The notes beneath the pieces are model-generated. The model did no database searches. It saw only the letters and a program-made list of their open reading frames with translations, and was not told the DNA's origin. The position numbers and the translations under genes were made by a program. DNA of 32,000 nucleotides, from the NCBI GenBank assembly GCA_029851105.1, contig CP099822.1:90001-122000 (forward strand). The letters run 5' to 3'. This DNA is from Candidatus Saccharimonadota bacterium. Its GTDB lineage: Bacteria; Bacteroidota; Bacteroidia; Flavobacteriales; Blattabacteriaceae. Of this stretch, positions 20,167-29,248 are shown piece by piece (within the stretch, counting starts at the first letter, position 1; every line of letters begins with the position of its first letter).

Positions 20167-21855
20167 ATGTATAGAACGCATAATTGTGGAGAATTAAATA
20201 TATATGATATTAATAAAAAAGTAATATTATCAGGATGGATACATAAAATAAGAAAAATGAAAAAATATTATTTTATAGATTTAAGAGATTTTTATGGTAT
20301 TACTCAATTATTAATTGATAAAAAAAAAATTTTAAAAAAAATATATAATGAATATTTAATAAAAATAAAAGGTATTGTATATAAAAGAAAAAAAAAAAAT
20401 AAATTAATTAAAACAGGTAATATAGAAGTATATGTTTATAAATTTTATATTATAAATAAATCTAAATTTTTACCATTTAATATTGAAGATAATCCTAAAG
20501 TTAGTAAAAAAATAAGATTAAAATATAGATATTTAGATTTAAGAAGAAATAAAATTAAAAATAATTTGATTAAAAAATTTAAAATAATTAATTTTATTAG
20601 AAATTTTTTTATAAATAAAAAATTTATTGAATTAGATACACCCTTTTTAGTTAATAATACACTAGAAGGAGCTAGAAATTTTATTATACCTTCTAGAAAT
20701 TATAAAGGTTTTTTTTATTCTTTACCTCAATCACCTCAAATTTTTAAACAATTATTAATGATATCAGGGTTTGATAAATATTTTCAAATAGTAAAATGTT
20801 TTAGAGATGAAGATCTTAGAAAAGATAGACAACCTGAATTTACTCAATTAGATATTGAAATGTCATTTGTAAAAAAAAAAAATATTATTTTAATAATAGA
20901 AAAATTTATTAAATCTTTAATTAAGAAATTTTATTTTCAAAAAAAAATTAAATTTAAAAAAATTTCATATACTAAAATAGTTAAATATTATAAAACTGAT
21001 AAACCAGATTTAAGATATAAATTATATAATATAAAATTAAAAAAAAAATATTTTAAAAAAAAATATAAAAAATTATATAAAAAAATTTTTATATTACCTA
21101 ATTTTTTAAATATTAAAAATATTAAAATTAATAAAATTAAATCTATTATTAATTTATTTTTAAAAAATTATAATTTTTTTTATTTTTTTTATAAAAAAAA
21201 TAAAAAAAAAATTTTTAAAAAAAAAAAATATATAAAAAATATAATTAATAAATATTTTTTTTCAGAATATGATATAATAATAATATTATTATATAAAAAA
21301 AAAATAAAATTTAATTATAAATTATTTATTAAAAAAATAAACAAATTTTTATTATATTCTATATATATTAAAAATATTTTAATTCCTATATGGATAATTA
21401 ATTATCCTTTATTTAAATATGATTTTATAAAAAAAAAATATAATTCTTTTCATCATCCTTTTACAGCTCCTGTATCTAAAAAAAAAAATATATTATATAA
21501 TAATAAATCTAAAGCATATGATTTAATTATTAATGGTATAGAAATAGGTAGTGGATCTATTAGAATTAATAAAAAAAAAATACAAGAAAAAATTTTTAAT
21601 TTATTAAAAATTAAAAAAAAAGATATATATAAAAAATTTGGTTTTTTTTTAGAATCTTTAGAATATGGTACTCCTCCACATGGTGGTATAGGTATAGGTA
21701 TTGAAAGATTAATATTATTAATATTAAATAAAAATGATATTAAAGATTTAATACCATTTCCTAAAAGTTTAAATAATAAAGATATTATGTTAAATACACC
21801 TTCTAAAATAAGTCATAAAGAATTATTAAAATTAGGTATTAAAATAATTAAATAA
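20167..21855 (+). CDS. aspS: Aspartate--tRNA ligase
   Basis: 562 aa. The start is MYRTHNCGEL. Class IIb AspRS motifs are FIELDTPFL, LPQSPQIFKQLLM, FRDEDLRKDRQPEFTQLDIEMSF, GIEIGSGSIRI, PPHGGIGIGIERL and IPFPK. The central insertion domain is low-complexity K/I/F-rich. Confidence 0.93.
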   Translation: MYRTHNCGELNIYDINKKVILSGWIHKIRKMKKYYFIDLRDFYGITQLLIDKKKILKKIYNEYLIKIKGIVYKRKKKNKLIKTGNIEVYVYKFYIINKSKFLPFNIEDNPKVSKKIRLKYRYLDLRRNKIKNNLIKKFKIINFIRNFFINKKFIELDTPFLVNNTLEGARNFIIPSRNYKGFFYSLPQSPQIFKQLLMISGFDKYFQIVKCFRDEDLRKDRQPEFTQLDIEMSFVKKKNIILIIEKFIKSLIKKFYFQKKIKFKKISYTKIVKYYKTDKPDLRYKLYNIKLKKKYFKKKYKKLYKKIFILPNFLNIKNIKINKIKSIINLFLKNYNFFYFFYKKNKKKIFKKKKYIKNIINKYFFSEYDIIIILLYKKKIKFNYKLFIKKINKFLLYSIYIKNILIPIWIINYPLFKYDFIKKKYNSFHHPFTAPVSKKKNILYNNKSKAYDLIINGIEIGSGSIRINKKKIQEKIFNLLKIKKKDIYKKFGFFLESLEYGTPPHGGIGIGIERLILLILNKNDIKDLIPFPKSLNNKDIMLNTPSKISHKELLKLGIKIIK

Positions 21856-21872
21856 ATTAAATTAATAAAAAA

Positions 21873-22094
21873 ATGAAAATTAAAAATAAAAAATATAATT
21901 ATTATTATAATCAAATATTATTATTTACTAATAAAATTTTAAAATTAAGTAATCATTTAAAAAAAAATAAAAAAGATTTTAATACAGAAAGATCTTTATT
22001 AAAAAAAGTTTCTTTGAGAAAAAAAATTTTAAAATATATTAAAATTAATAAATATAATATTTATTTAAAAATAAAAAATAAAATAAATGTATAA
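21873..22094 (+). CDS. rpsO: 30S ribosomal protein S15 (N-terminally short)
   Basis: 73 aa. QILLFTNKILKLSNHLKKNKKDFNTERSLLKKVSLRKKILKYI aligns with S15 VQVALLTxxIxxLxxHxxxHKKDxHSRRGLLxMVxxRRxLLxYL. It sits in the conserved position upstream of pnp. It is about 16 aa shorter than E. coli S15 at the N-terminus. Confidence 0.85.
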   Translation: MKIKNKKYNYYYNQILLFTNKILKLSNHLKKNKKDFNTERSLLKKVSLRKKILKYIKINKYNIYLKIKNKINV

Positions 22095-24219
22095 TTTAAA
22101 TTTAATAAAAGAAAAAATTTTATTGGATAATAATAGATATATTATAATAGAAACAGGTAAAATAGCTAATCAATCTGATGGTTCAGTTATTTTAAGAATG
22201 GGTAATACATTATTATTATCAACAGTAGTTTTAGGTAAAAAAATAAAAAAAAAAAAAGATTTAAATTTTATCCCCTTAACTATAGATTATAGAGAAAAAT
22301 ATTTTGCAGGAGGTAAAATTCCAGGTGGATTTATTAAAAGAGAAGGTAGACCTTCAGAAGAAGAAATTTTAACTATGAGAATAGTTGATAGACTTATAAG
22401 ACCATTTTTACCTAAAGGGTTTTCTAAAGAAATACAAATTATGATTACATTATTATCATATGATACTAAAGTTTTACCAGATGGATTAGTAGGATTAGCT
22501 ACTTCTTCTTCTTTATTAATATCAGGTATACCTTTCAATGGTCCAGTGTCTCAAATAAGATTAGCTAGAATTAAAAATAAAATTATAATTAATCCTAGTT
22601 TAAAAGAAATTAAAAAATCAGATATTAATTTAATAATAGGTGGAACTTTAAAATCTATAATAATGATAGAAGGAGAAATGAAAGAAATATCTAATAAAAC
22701 TTTTTTAAAAATTATTAAAATAGGTCATAAAATAATAATAAATCAAATTAAATCACAATATTTATTTTTAGAAAAATTTAAAAAAAAAATTAAAATAAAA
22801 AAAATTAATTATAATTATAAAGTAAATATAAAATTAAAAAAAAAAATAAAAAAATTATCATATAAAAAATTATATAATATATCTAAAAAATATAAAATTA
22901 AAAAAAAAAGAACTAAAAAATATTTATTTTTATTAAAAAAAATAAAAAAAAAAATTAATAAAAAAAAATATAATAATTTAATATATAAATATTTTGATTT
23001 TTATAAAAAAAAAATAATTTTAAATTTAATAAAAAATGAAAATATTAGATTAGATGGTAGAAAACCAAATGAAATAAGAAAAATATGGGGTATTGTTAAT
23101 TATTTACCTGGTGTACATGGTTCTGTTTTATTTACAAAAGGTGAAACTCAAACTTTAACAACTGTTACTTTAGGTTCTTCTTTAGATATTAATAAAATAG
23201 ATAATGTAGTAATTGAATATAATGAAAAATTTTATTTACATTATAATTTTCCTCCTTTTTCTACAGGTGAAGTTAAAAAAATAACTGGTATAACAAGAAG
23301 AGAAATAGGCCATGGTACTTTAGCTAAAAAATCATTAAAAAATATGATACCTAAAAAAAATCCATATACTATAAGAATAGTATCTGATATATTAGAATCT
23401 AATGGTTCATCATCAATGGCTACAGTTTGTGCTTCTTCTTTAGCTTTAATGGATGCAGGTATTAAAATTAATAATATAGTAGCAGGAGTAGCTTTTGGAT
23501 TAATTTTTAATAAAAAAAAATCTATAATATTATATGATATTTTAGGTGAAGAAGATAATTATGGGGATATGGATTTTAAAATAACAGGAACTAAAAATGG
23601 TATTACTTCTTGTCAAATTGATGTTAAAAATATTAATGTTTTAAATATTAAAATATTAAAAAAAATTTTAAAAAAATCTAAAAAATGTATTTTTAAAATT
23701 TTAAATAAAATGAATAATATTTTATCAAAACCTAGAAAAAATATAAAATCTACCGCTCCAAAATTTTCATATATTAAAATACCTAAAAAATTTATAGGAT
23801 TAATAATAGGTAGTGGTGGTAAAAAAATTCAAGATATACAATATAATACTAATACTTCTATTAATATAATAGAAAAAAAAAACACAGCTATAATAGAAAT
23901 TTTTGGTAAAAATAAAAAAAAAATTAATAAAGCTATTAAAATAATAAATGATATAATTTTTATACCTAAAAAAGGTAATATATATAAAGCTAAAGTAAAA
24001 AGTATAAAATTATTTGGTGCTTTTGTAGAATTATCTAAAGGAGTAGAAGGGTTATTACATATATCTGAAATATCTTATAAAAAATTTAATAAAATAGAAG
24101 AAATTTTTAATATAGGAGATATTATAAAAGTTAAATATTTAGGAGAAGATAAAAAAACAGGTAAAATTAAATTATCTAGAAAAATATTATTAAATAAAAA
24201 AAATGAAAAAAAAAAATAA
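22087..24219 (+). CDS. pnp: Polyribonucleotide nucleotidyltransferase (PNPase)
   Basis: 710 aa. There are two RNase PH-like cores (...DYREKYFAGGKIPGGFIKREGRPSEEEILTMRIVDRLIRP...; RLDGRKPNEIR...GHGTLAKKSL...SNGSSSMATVCASSLALMDAG...GDMDFK). A KH domain (IGLIIGSGGKKIQ) and an S1 domain (YKAKVKSIKLFGAFVEL) follow. Overlaps rpsO by 8 nt. Confidence 0.95.
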   Translation: MYNLNLIKEKILLDNNRYIIIETGKIANQSDGSVILRMGNTLLLSTVVLGKKIKKKKDLNFIPLTIDYREKYFAGGKIPGGFIKREGRPSEEEILTMRIVDRLIRPFLPKGFSKEIQIMITLLSYDTKVLPDGLVGLATSSSLLISGIPFNGPVSQIRLARIKNKIIINPSLKEIKKSDINLIIGGTLKSIIMIEGEMKEISNKTFLKIIKIGHKIIINQIKSQYLFLEKFKKKIKIKKINYNYKVNIKLKKKIKKLSYKKLYNISKKYKIKKKRTKKYLFLLKKIKKKINKKKYNNLIYKYFDFYKKKIILNLIKNENIRLDGRKPNEIRKIWGIVNYLPGVHGSVLFTKGETQTLTTVTLGSSLDINKIDNVVIEYNEKFYLHYNFPPFSTGEVKKITGITRREIGHGTLAKKSLKNMIPKKNPYTIRIVSDILESNGSSSMATVCASSLALMDAGIKINNIVAGVAFGLIFNKKKSIILYDILGEEDNYGDMDFKITGTKNGITSCQIDVKNINVLNIKILKKILKKSKKCIFKILNKMNNILSKPRKNIKSTAPKFSYIKIPKKFIGLIIGSGGKKIQDIQYNTNTSINIIEKKNTAIIEIFGKNKKKINKAIKIINDIIFIPKKGNIYKAKVKSIKLFGAFVELSKGVEGLLHISEISYKKFNKIEEIFNIGDIIKVKYLGEDKKTGKIKLSRKILLNKKNEKKK

Positions 24220-25093
24220 ATTAACTAATTTAGATGATTCTGAATCTTTAAATAAATATTTATATGAAATTAGTAAAATACCTTTATTAAATAATAAAGA
24301 AGAAATAAAATTAGCTATTAAAATAAAAAAAGGATTAAAATATAATGCTAATAAAAAAGAAATAAAAGAAAAAAATAAAGCTCAAGATAAATTAGTTAAA
24401 TCTAATTTAAGATTTGTAGTATCAGTAGCTAAACAATATCAAAATCAAGGGTTAAGTTTATCTGATTTAATTAATGAAGGTAATTTAGGATTAATAAAAG
24501 CAGCTTTAAGATTTGATGAAAAAAGAGGTTATAAATTTATTTCTTATGCTGTATGGTGGATAAAACAATGTATTTTACAAGCTATAGCTGATTGTTCTAA
24601 ATGTGTAAGATCACCTACTAATAAGATAGCTTTTTTAAATAAAATTAATAAAGTATTTCTAATTTTAGAACAAAAATTACAAAGACAACCATCTATAAAA
24701 GAAATATCAAAATATTTATCAATAGATGAAAAAGAAATTGAAGAAATATTAAAGTTTTCAAATAAACATATTTCATTAGATGCACCTTTAATAGAAGGGG
24801 AAGGAATTAATTTATATGATATAATAGCTTATAAAGATTCACCTAATCCTGATAAAAAATTAAATGAAGAATCACTTAAAAGAGATATAAAAAAATGTTT
24901 AAAAATATTATCTAAAAGAGAAGAACAAGTTATAATACTTTCTTGTGGATTATTTGGTAAAAAATCTATGAATTTTGAAGAAATAGCTAAATTATTTTCT
25001 TTAACTAGAGAAAGAGTAAGACAAATTCAAATTAGTGCTTTAAAAAAGTTAAAAAAATCTAAAAAAATTAAAATTTTAAAAAATTATTTATAA
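24203..25093 (+). CDS. rpoD: RNA polymerase primary sigma factor (short Bacteroidota-type RpoD/SigA)
   Basis: 296 aa. SNLRFVVSVAKQYQNQGLSLSDLINEGNLGLIKAALRFDEKRGYKFISYAVWWIKQ is region 2. EIAKLFSLTRERVRQIQISALKKLK is region 4.2. There is no long region 1.1 or non-conserved spacer. Overlaps pnp by 17 nt. Confidence 0.9.
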   Translation: MKKKNKLTNLDDSESLNKYLYEISKIPLLNNKEEIKLAIKIKKGLKYNANKKEIKEKNKAQDKLVKSNLRFVVSVAKQYQNQGLSLSDLINEGNLGLIKAALRFDEKRGYKFISYAVWWIKQCILQAIADCSKCVRSPTNKIAFLNKINKVFLILEQKLQRQPSIKEISKYLSIDEKEIEEILKFSNKHISLDAPLIEGEGINLYDIIAYKDSPNPDKKLNEESLKRDIKKCLKILSKREEQVIILSCGLFGKKSMNFEEIAKLFSLTRERVRQIQISALKKLKKSKKIKILKNYL

Positions 25094-25123
25094 TTTTTAA
25101 TTTTTTTAAAAAAAATAAAAATA

Positions 25124-25161
25124 AAGAGATATAAAAAAATTATATCTCTTATATTTTTTTT
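25124..25161. terminator. Candidate bidirectional intrinsic terminator between convergent rpoD and pfkA
   Basis: An 11-bp stem aagagatataa (25124..25134) pairs with ttatatctctt (25140..25150) around a 5-nt loop aaaaa. It contains 2 G-C pairs. T8 follows at 25154..25161, and the A-rich run upstream would give a U-tract on the other strand. Confidence 0.55.
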
Positions 25162-25164
25162 ATT

Positions 25165-26154
25165 TTAAAATAAATTTTCATATAATATTTTTATATTATT
25201 ATCTATTTTTTTATTTAAAATAGCTTTTTTAAAAGGTATATATTTAATTTTATTATTTTTAATACCTAAAACAAAATTATATTTAAATTTAATAAAATTT
25301 ATAATAGATTCTAATCCTAATTTAATTGCTAAAATACGATCTAAACAAGTAGGTGAACCACCTCTTTGTACATGACCTAATATATTTAATCTAAATTCAT
25401 ATTTTTTAAATTTATTTTTTATAATATTAAATATTTTATTAGCTGATTCTCCTATATTTTTATATTCTTTTTCAGTTTCTGCTATTATAATAATATTAGA
25501 ATTTTTATATTTATTCCATTTTTCTAATTTAGAAAAAATATTTTTTAAATTATATTTATTTTTATTAGATATTAAAATATCTAAAGCTCCTATTGAAATA
25601 CCACTATTTAAAGCTAAAAAAGCCATCCCTCTTCCCATTACTTCTATAATAAATATTTTATTATGAGAATTAGCAGTATCTTTAATTTTTTCTATTAAAT
25701 TTATAATAGTATTTAATGAAGTATCATATCCTATAGTATAATCAGTACCATATATATCATTATCTATAGTACCAGGTATACCTATTATAGGAATTTTATA
25801 TTCTTCATTAAAAATTTTAGCTCCTGTAAATGATCCATTACCTCCTATTATTATTAATCCATTTAAATTATTTTTAATTATATTTTTATAAGCTTTTTTT
25901 CTACCTTCTTTAGTTTTAAATTCTTCAGATCTACTTGTACCTAAAATAGTACCACCTAACCCTATAATATTATTAACATCCTTATTTGATAATTTAATAA
26001 TTTTATTATTAATTAATCCATTATAACCATTTTTTATACCATAACAATTAATATTTTTTTTTTTAGAAAAATTTACTATTGTTTTAATAGTAGCATTCAT
26101 ACCAGGTGAATCACCTCCTGAAGTTATTATACCAATATTTTTAATTTTTATCAT
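25165..26154 (-). CDS. pfkA: ATP-dependent 6-phosphofructokinase
   Basis: 329 aa. IGIITSGGDSPGMNA, GIPGTIDNDI, EVMGRG and LGHVQRGGSP are PfkA motifs. GGDGS reads GGNGS. Confidence 0.92.
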   Translation of the reverse strand: MIKIKNIGIITSGGDSPGMNATIKTIVNFSKKKNINCYGIKNGYNGLINNKIIKLSNKDVNNIIGLGGTILGTSRSEEFKTKEGRKKAYKNIIKNNLNGLIIIGGNGSFTGAKIFNEEYKIPIIGIPGTIDNDIYGTDYTIGYDTSLNTIINLIEKIKDTANSHNKIFIIEVMGRGMAFLALNSGISIGALDILISNKNKYNLKNIFSKLEKWNKYKNSNIIIIAETEKEYKNIGESANKIFNIIKNKFKKYEFRLNILGHVQRGGSPTCLDRILAIKLGLESIINFIKFKYNFVLGIKNNKIKYIPFKKAILNKKIDNNIKILYENLF

Positions 26155-26165
26155 ATTTTTTTTTT

Positions 26166-26708
26166 TTAAAATGGTAAATCATCATCATTAAAATCTTCTT
26201 TTATTTTTTCATTAAAAATTTTTTCATTATCATCATTATCTTTTTTTTTATCATCATTTTTTTTTTTATCTTTTTTTTTATTATATTCATCTTCATTATT
26301 ATTATCTTCATCTTCATTATTATTATCTTCATCTTCATTATTATTATCTTCATCTTCATTATCTTCATATTTTTTACTATATTTAGTATCTTTTATTTTT
26401 ATATAATCAGAATTTATTTCAAATAAATTTTCATTTTTAATTTTTTCTATTTTCCAACCCTGAATAATATTAAAATATCTAGTAAAACCATCTTGGTTAA
26501 TCCATTCTCTACCTTTTATATTTATAAAAATTTTTACTTTATCATTTTTTTTAATATAATTTAATAATTCAATTTTATCTTGAATAAAATCTATTAAAAT
26601 ACTTTGTGGATATTGTTCATCAGTTAATAAAACTATACTTTTTTTTTTAAAATTATTTTTAAATATTTGTATATCTAAAATATCTTTTATTCTCCCTATT
26701 AAATACAT
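26166..26708 (-). CDS. DUF3127-type OB-fold protein with a long acidic/basic linker and an SSB-like C-terminal DDDLPF tip
   Basis: 180 aa. The N-terminal ~95 aa are MYLIGRIKDILDIQIF...KKKSIVLLTDEQYPQSILIDFIQDKIELLNYIKKNDKVKIFINIKGREWINQDGFTRYFNIIQGWKIEKI. This matches my memory of the Bacteroidota DUF3127 family (eqYPQ...f.qdK..ll......V.v.fn..GReW........yfn.i.aWri). The C-terminus is ...FNDDDLPF. The family was recalled, not searched. Confidence 0.6.
   Translation of the reverse strand: MYLIGRIKDILDIQIFKNNFKKKSIVLLTDEQYPQSILIDFIQDKIELLNYIKKNDKVKIFINIKGREWINQDGFTRYFNIIQGWKIEKIKNENLFEINSDYIKIKDTKYSKKYEDNEDEDNNNEDEDNNNEDEDNNNEDEYNKKKDKKKNDDKKKDNDDNEKIFNEKIKEDFNDDDLPF
26287..26362. repeat. Perfect 21-bp tandem repeat, 3 full copies plus a 13-nt partial, in frame inside the DUF3127/SSB-like CDS
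   Basis: The unit tcatcttcattattattatct occupies 26287..26307, 26308..26328 and 26329..26349, all identical. A partial tcatcttcattat follows at 26350..26362. On the coding (minus) strand it encodes (EDEDNNN)x3 within EDNEDEDNNNEDEDNNNEDEDNNNEDEY. Confidence 0.95.
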
Positions 26709-26750
26709 AATTTTTAAATTAAAATATTATATTATATATTAAAATATAAA

Positions 26751-27062
26751 TTAATTAATACCTAATTCTAATTTAGCTTTATCACTCATCATTTTTTTAT
26801 TCCAAGTAGGTTCAAAAGTTATTTCTATATTAATATTATTAATATTATTTATTTTTTTTTTAATTTTATATTCAATATCATTTAATATATTATTATATAA
26901 TGGACAATTTGGGGTTGTAAAAGTCATTAATATAAATAAATCTTTTTTTTTTATTTTAATTTTATATATTAATCCCATATCATATATACTTATATTAAGT
27001 TCAGGATCATATATATTTTTTAATATTTTAATTATATTTTTTTTAGATAATTTTTTTTTCAT
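26751..27062 (-). CDS. DUF59/SufT-like (MIP18 family) Fe-S cluster assembly protein
   Basis: 103 aa. IIKILKNIYDPELNISIYDMGLIYKIKI...ILMTFTTPNCPL matches the DUF59 pattern v...L..V.DPEl...i.dlGlvy.i......v.v.mtlTtp.CP, including the conserved Cys. Confidence 0.75.
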   Translation of the reverse strand: MKKKLSKKNIIKILKNIYDPELNISIYDMGLIYKIKIKKKDLFILMTFTTPNCPLYNNILNDIEYKIKKKINNINNINIEITFEPTWNKKMMSDKAKLELGIN

Positions 27063-27110
27063 TTTTTTTAAAAAAAATTTATTTTATTTATATATAAATA
27101 AAAATTTTAA

Positions 27111-27764
27111 ATGATAATAAATAATAAAATTTATAAATATATAAATAATATAATTAAAAAAAATGAACCTAAATATTTAAAAAAAATAAAAAATTATAAA
27201 AATTATAAAAAATTAAAAAATATAAAAATAAATATAAAAAATATGATGTCAGATAATTTACAAGGAAGATTTTTAAGTTTTATGTCTAAAATAAAAAATC
27301 CTAAAAATATTTTAGAAATTGGTACTTTTTTAGGTTATTCTACTTTATGTTTATCTGAAGGATTAAAAAAAAATGGATTATTAATTACAATAGAAAAAAA
27401 TAAAAATTTTATATATTATGCTAAAAAAAATTTTAAAAAAACTAAATATAATAAAAATATTAAAATATTATATGGGAATGCATTAAAAATTATACCTAAA
27501 TTAAAAAAAAAATTTGATATTGTTTTTATAGATGCAGATAAAAAAAATAATTTAAAATATTTTAAATTAATATTTAAAAAATTAAATAAAAATGGATTAA
27601 TTATAATAGATAATGTTTTATGGAAAGGTAAAATAATTAATAAAAAATTAGATTTTTTAACTAAAAAAATTAATTATTTAAATAAAAAAATTAAAAAATA
27701 TAAAAATATAAATAATATTATTATACCTATAAGAGATGGATTAAATTTAATTTTAAAAAATTAA
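27111..27764 (+). CDS. Class I SAM-dependent O-methyltransferase (family 3, caffeoyl-CoA OMT / YrrM-TrmR-like)
   Basis: 217 aa. QGRFLSFMSKIKNPKNILEIGTFLGYSTLCLSEGL...LITIEKN...FDIVFIDADKKNNLKYF...LNKNGLIIIDNVLWKGKI is the characteristic motif order of this family. The substrate cannot be inferred from the sequence. Confidence 0.75.
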   Translation: MIINNKIYKYINNIIKKNEPKYLKKIKNYKNYKKLKNIKINIKNMMSDNLQGRFLSFMSKIKNPKNILEIGTFLGYSTLCLSEGLKKNGLLITIEKNKNFIYYAKKNFKKTKYNKNIKILYGNALKIIPKLKKKFDIVFIDADKKNNLKYFKLIFKKLNKNGLIIIDNVLWKGKIINKKLDFLTKKINYLNKKIKKYKNINNIIIPIRDGLNLILKN

Positions 27765-27778
27765 TTTTTTAAATAAAA

Positions 27779-29197
27779 TTATATTTTATTATCTTTAATA
27801 ATAAAAAATTTATTTAAAATTTTTCTTAATTTATCAGAAAAAAAATATATTTTTTTTTTTCTCATATCATTTCTAATTTTAAATATTTTTTTAAATAATT
27901 TATTATAATTTAATTTTTTTTTTACTTTTTTTAAACCTAATATTTTAATTATAAATGTCTTCATAAAAAAATTAATTTTATTTAAATCTTCTAATGTTAT
28001 TTGTAATTCATTTATAATACATTTTTCTATTAATTTATTTATTTTAAATAAATTATATATTAATAAAGGAATATTAAAATCATCATTTATATACTCATAA
28101 CAATTATTACATATTTTTTCATAATTAATAGAAGATTTTTTTTTAGGTGTAACTTTTTTTATTTTTTTAAAAAAACTTAATAAATATTTATAATCATTTT
28201 TAACTTCTATTAAAGATTTTTTAGTAAAATTTATTACCTTTCTATAATGAGTTTTTAAAAAATATAATTTTATAATTATTGGATTAATTTTTTTATAATT
28301 TAAAAAATTTAATTTACCATTTATAATATCATCAGGAATAATATAATTATTTAATGATTTACTCATTTTTTTATTATTTATAATTAACATATTAGTATGT
28401 ATCCAAAATTTAGCTAAATTATATTTATTATTATTTATAACATTACATTGAGATATTTCACATTCATGATGAGGAAATTTTAAATCTAATCCTCCTCCAT
28501 GTATATCAAAATAATTACCTAAATATTTATTACTCATTGTACTACATCCTAAATGCCAACCTGGATAACCTATTCCCCAAGGTGAATTCCATTTCATTGT
28601 ATTATTATTAGCCTTTTTCCAAATAGCAAAATCATAATAATTTTTTTTATCATTTAAAAAATTATTATTAATTAATTTTACATTATTTATATTAATATTA
28701 TTTAATATATTACCATAATTACCTATTTTTTTAGTATAATTTAAAATATCAAAATAAATAGAACCATTTTTAATATAAGCATATTTTTTTTTAATAATTT
28801 TTTTTATATTTTCAATTTGTTCAATAATATGACTTGTAGTTCTAGGTTCTATATTAGGAGATAAAATATTAAATTTTTTAAAATTAAAATAAAAATTTAA
28901 TAAAAATTTTTGCATATCTTCTAAAGGATGTTTATTTTTTAATTTTTTTAAATTACTAATATCAGTAATATTTCTAATGTATTTTACATTAAATTTTAAA
29001 TGTTTAAAATATCTATATATAACATCAAAAAATATAAATGTTCTATAATTACCTAAATGTATATTATTATTTAATGTAGGACCACATATATACATATTTA
29101 TATTATTATTAATAATAGGTATAAAATTTTCTTTTTTTTGTGTTAAAGAATTAAAAATAAATATTTTTTTTTTATATTTTAAAATTTTTTTTATCAT
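27779..29197 (-). CDS. cysS: Cysteine--tRNA ligase
   Basis: 472 aa. MYICGPTLNNNIHLGNYRTFIFFDVIYRYF is the HIGH-type region. Also present are GYPGWHLGCS, DIHGGGLDLKFPHHECEISQ and the KMSKS motif (NKKMSKSLNN). Confidence 0.93.
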   Translation of the reverse strand: MIKKILKYKKKIFIFNSLTQKKENFIPIINNNINMYICGPTLNNNIHLGNYRTFIFFDVIYRYFKHLKFNVKYIRNITDISNLKKLKNKHPLEDMQKFLLNFYFNFKKFNILSPNIEPRTTSHIIEQIENIKKIIKKKYAYIKNGSIYFDILNYTKKIGNYGNILNNININNVKLINNNFLNDKKNYYDFAIWKKANNNTMKWNSPWGIGYPGWHLGCSTMSNKYLGNYFDIHGGGLDLKFPHHECEISQCNVINNNKYNLAKFWIHTNMLIINNKKMSKSLNNYIIPDDIINGKLNFLNYKKINPIIIKLYFLKTHYRKVINFTKKSLIEVKNDYKYLLSFFKKIKKVTPKKKSSINYEKICNNCYEYINDDFNIPLLIYNLFKINKLIEKCIINELQITLEDLNKINFFMKTFIIKILGLKKVKKKLNYNKLFKKIFKIRNDMRKKKIYFFSDKLRKILNKFFIIKDNKI

Positions 29198-29248
29198 TTT
29201 TTTTAAAAAAAAATTTAACTTAATTTATATTATAATAAAATTAATAAA

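Noticed and set aside
22287-22538. 83-aa minus-strand ORF from the ORF track
   Set aside because: It lies entirely antisense within the best-conserved part of pnp. Its relatively G/P/S-rich sequence is simply the complement of conserved PNPase codons. It has no recognisable family and no room for its own expression signals.
26287-26362. The 21-bp direct repeats as a possible CRISPR array
   Set aside because: The copies abut with no spacers, are in frame within a CDS, and encode an acidic peptide repeat. There are no cas genes in the window.
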